DNA of 64,000 bases, taken from positions 86,492,001 through 86,556,000 of the forward strand of contig NC_087436.1 in the NCBI RefSeq assembly GCF_036321535.1. Reading direction: 5' to 3'. Below, one piece after another: positions 61,204 through 64,000 of the stretch. The position numbers and the translations under genes were made by a program. Source of the DNA: Camelus dromedarius (lineage: Eukaryota). A model generated the notes under the pieces. It was not told the DNA's origin. It saw only the letters and a list, made by a program, of their open reading frames with translations, and searched no databases. The first letter of the stretch is position 1, and every line of letters begins with the position of its first letter.

Positions 61204-62999
61204 CCTCTGAGATCCTCCTTGGTAGGTTAGTGTCTTTGTAGAGACACATGAACGTTGTGCATCTGGGGTTAGTGAATCTGAGGCTGGTCCTTCTCCTTTA
61301 CATAAAGGGCTTTGTAGCGAAGGTTTGATTAGCTCTGTTCCATTAGCATGACTCAACACATGTAAACAGGGCAATTCAATGGATGTTTCCAGTTTTTGTT
61401 CTTTGAGGAGAAGGCCACCTGCAAAAACAGAGCCTTGTTATCTCAAAGAGCAAAGTTCTGGACCATTATTATTTAAGAAAGTACTTTTTGTGTCTCTTGC
61501 TAATGAACTACACAGCAAGTCATCTGAAAAAGAAATTTTTAAGGCATAAGTTTTTTCCTCCTTACAGTAATTTTTTTCCAAGACTCAAGTCCTGTGTCAA
61601 AGTTTTCTTAGCCTTGACATAAATTTCTAGAGACCAGTGAAAATTGATCATAAGAATTCTCCTAGAAGGGAAAATTGTTTTCCCACGACCTGAAGACAAG
61701 ATTTATTTAGTACGCAAAATAGTTAAGGGCAAATTATTTAAATAGTATAGGAATGTCTATCAGTAAGAAGTTAAGTAGATTAATTGCTTTTTAAAAATTG
61801 TATAATCTTTTTATTATAAAAACAATATATGCTATTTTGAAATTTTTTGAAAACAACAAAAAGCAAAGAGAAGTAAATAACTAACACTCTTAATCGCACT
61901 ATCAGATCTAATCATTGTTAATATAAAGATATCTATCCTTTCGAGTACAGAAAGGTCTTGACAGGTCAAAATTATTCTGTATAGAGAAAATTAGCCCCAA
62001 TTCTATTAACTATTGGTCAAAAAATAGTAGGAGAGTTACTTTTCATCAGATAAAAATAATTCCATTGGCACTCTAAATTTTGAGAAGATAAATCCAATTT
62101 TTATAGCTTTGGCTATAACATCCCTGTGTTACAATTTAGTGGCTGGGCTGAATGTAATCCTTTAGCCTTTACTTCAATAAAACAAGAAAGATATTTACAT
62201 TACATAGATCAGAGATGTGGGTGGGCATGTCTCTATACATTTTTCTTTTCTTTTCACCAGCAAGGTTGTATAAAAATATTTACTGCTTCCCCATAGGCTC
62301 ATGTATGTGGTGTTGTGTCCACGTCATAAGGCAGAAGGATGGATTATTCACTGGAGTTTTTATGAACCCACATTCAAGTGTTTCCCCAGCTGTGTTTACA
62401 GCTCTGGGTTTCTAAGCCTCTTGAAAAGTAATCAGTTTTGATCATCTTAAATCCCAAAGTAAATTTTCTTTTCTGGGGATTATTCTAGTTGCTAACCCAG
62501 GTTAGTCTGGCCTATGGAACCATCATTTAGTGCCGTGACATCCAAACATGAAAGCTGGGGTTTTGCTTCAAGAAGAAAGGGAGATTTGAAATATGACTCA
62601 GAGTCTTCCCTGCAAGAGGTGAGGTCTCAGAACTCCTTTGCTCTTTTGTCTTTTTAAAATTGTGTCTTGTCTTGACTCTTTGGTCATTTTATCGTGTAAG
62701 TCTTTTCTCTTCAAAATAGCATAAATACCTTTAGAGACAAGATTCTTACATGATGTCATTTTTTTTGTATTAGTTTATATCTGTGTATAAGCGTGGACAC
62801 GTTATGCTTTCAGTAATACTTGTTTCTTGACTAATGAGAAGTGCAGTAGTATATAGTTTCGGAGATTATAGAATTATATAATAGGTGATTTCTGTTAGAT
62901 CACTTTTATGAATGACTATGTTTAATATTCCACAGTTTAAACCTTTCAGCTGTAACTGTACAATTAGCCACAAAGAGACAGAGCGTTTGCTAAGAGATA

Positions 63000-63170
63000 A
63001 TGCTCTTAGCTGTGTAACTGTGTTAGCTTGGGCAGGTAAATCAGCCCATTGGTACCTCAGTTTCCTTATGAAAATGATAAATAACTAATAAACTGCATTA
63101 GTTAATTTGTGTAAAGTGCATAGCGTGATAACTGGCATATTGATAAGGTGTTGATAAACATTACCGGCTG
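63000..63170 (+). mobile_element. MIR SINE
   Basis: gcttgggcaggtaaatcagcccattggtacctcagtttcctt. Confidence 0.65.
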
Positions 63171-63702
63171 CTTCTGCAGCTCCTGCACTGGTATTACTAT
63201 AGTCAGTGCACTCCTGGCCAGTGAGCCCAGTCCTCCTCCAGCTGGAGAGAGGCTCTCATTCCAGGCTGGGACCTTTGAGAGAGCTTTCTATGTGGAAAAG
63301 TGAGGCAACAAGGGAACATCTGTAGAGCTGGCCAGGTAAGCCAAATCAACCGTGAATCACCATTCATTTTGTGACACATGCAAGTACTAAGAAAAATGAG
63401 ATGAAAGCAGCAACCGGGGTCCCATGAGACACTTAATTCAGTCAACACATGCTGACCTCCCACTGGCTATTCGGTGCTGACCTGGGTACAGGGACTGAAG
63501 AAAAGACCTAAGGTCTAGTGCCGGCCTTTGCAATCGTCTATCTCCAAGGACTTTTAAATGTATGGTACTTAGAAGTTATTTGTGTCCATGAGGAGAATGT
63601 GTTTTCCTAGATTTCTAGGGAAAAAAAATTTAAAGGAGCCTCATTATATACAACAAATTAGAAAAGAGGGGGAAAAAAAAGACAATTAAAATGTCCAAGC
63701 CT

Positions 63703-64000
63703 CTATATTCATCAACTTTGCTGTATGATAAACCACTTCAAAACACAGTGACTAACCAGCAGCCATTTATTATTTCTTATAATTCTGGGGGCTGGCTGAG
63801 CTAGTCCTCTGTGGGCTTTGCCTGGGATCCCTCGTGAGGCTGCCTTCAGCTGAGGTCCAAAACGGTGTCCCTCACAATGGTGTCTGGGAGCCATTGGTGA
63901 GAGGTCTTTTCCTAAGGCCTCTCATTCACCAGAAGGCTAGCCTGGGCTTCTCTACAGCATGGCCATCTCAGGGTTCCAAGAGGGCAAGAGTGGAATGACG
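63703..64000 (-). mobile_element. MaLR LTR (MLT1H/I-like), running off the window end
   Basis: ataaaccacttcaaaacacagtgac...ccatttattatttcttataattctggg...aggctagcctgggcttctctacagcatgg. Confidence 0.65.

Noticed and set aside
1..64000. Prokaryotic-style systems, intact ERV genes, NUMT, snRNA/rRNA copies
   Set aside because: No gene-dense region, repeat-spacer array, gag/pol/env-like or mitochondrial-like sequence was recognised; LTR elements appear only as solo LTRs

Overview
Mammalian nuclear DNA, most likely camelid (camel/llama/alpaca). The evidence is five copies of a tRNA-Ala(AGC)-derived SINE matching the Camelidae Vic-1 family, plus artiodactyl-type L1 3' ends. The window is intergenic or deep intronic and is dominated by transposable elements: L1, L2, MIR, MLT1/LTR16/LTR33 solo LTRs, and hAT-Charlie and TcMar MITEs. 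It also has several microsatellites. I recognise no host protein-coding exon, true tRNA, rRNA or CRISPR array. The only ORFs with recognisable homology are decayed L1 ORF2 C-terminal fragments. The most interesting non-TE signals are two apparent L1-mediated retrocopies of cellular mRNA 3' ends hidden inside old L1s: about 330 bp at 4.6-4.9 kb with a decayed reading frame, and about 60 bp at 55.0 kb with AATAAA, poly(A) and a TSD. There are also a 192-nt pure-pyrimidine mirror repeat, a few CpG-retaining unique segments that may be regulatory, and two candidate exons. I found no evidence for a new multi-gene system. Repeat family names are from recalled consensus sequences, not a search, and boundaries without a stated TSD are approximate.
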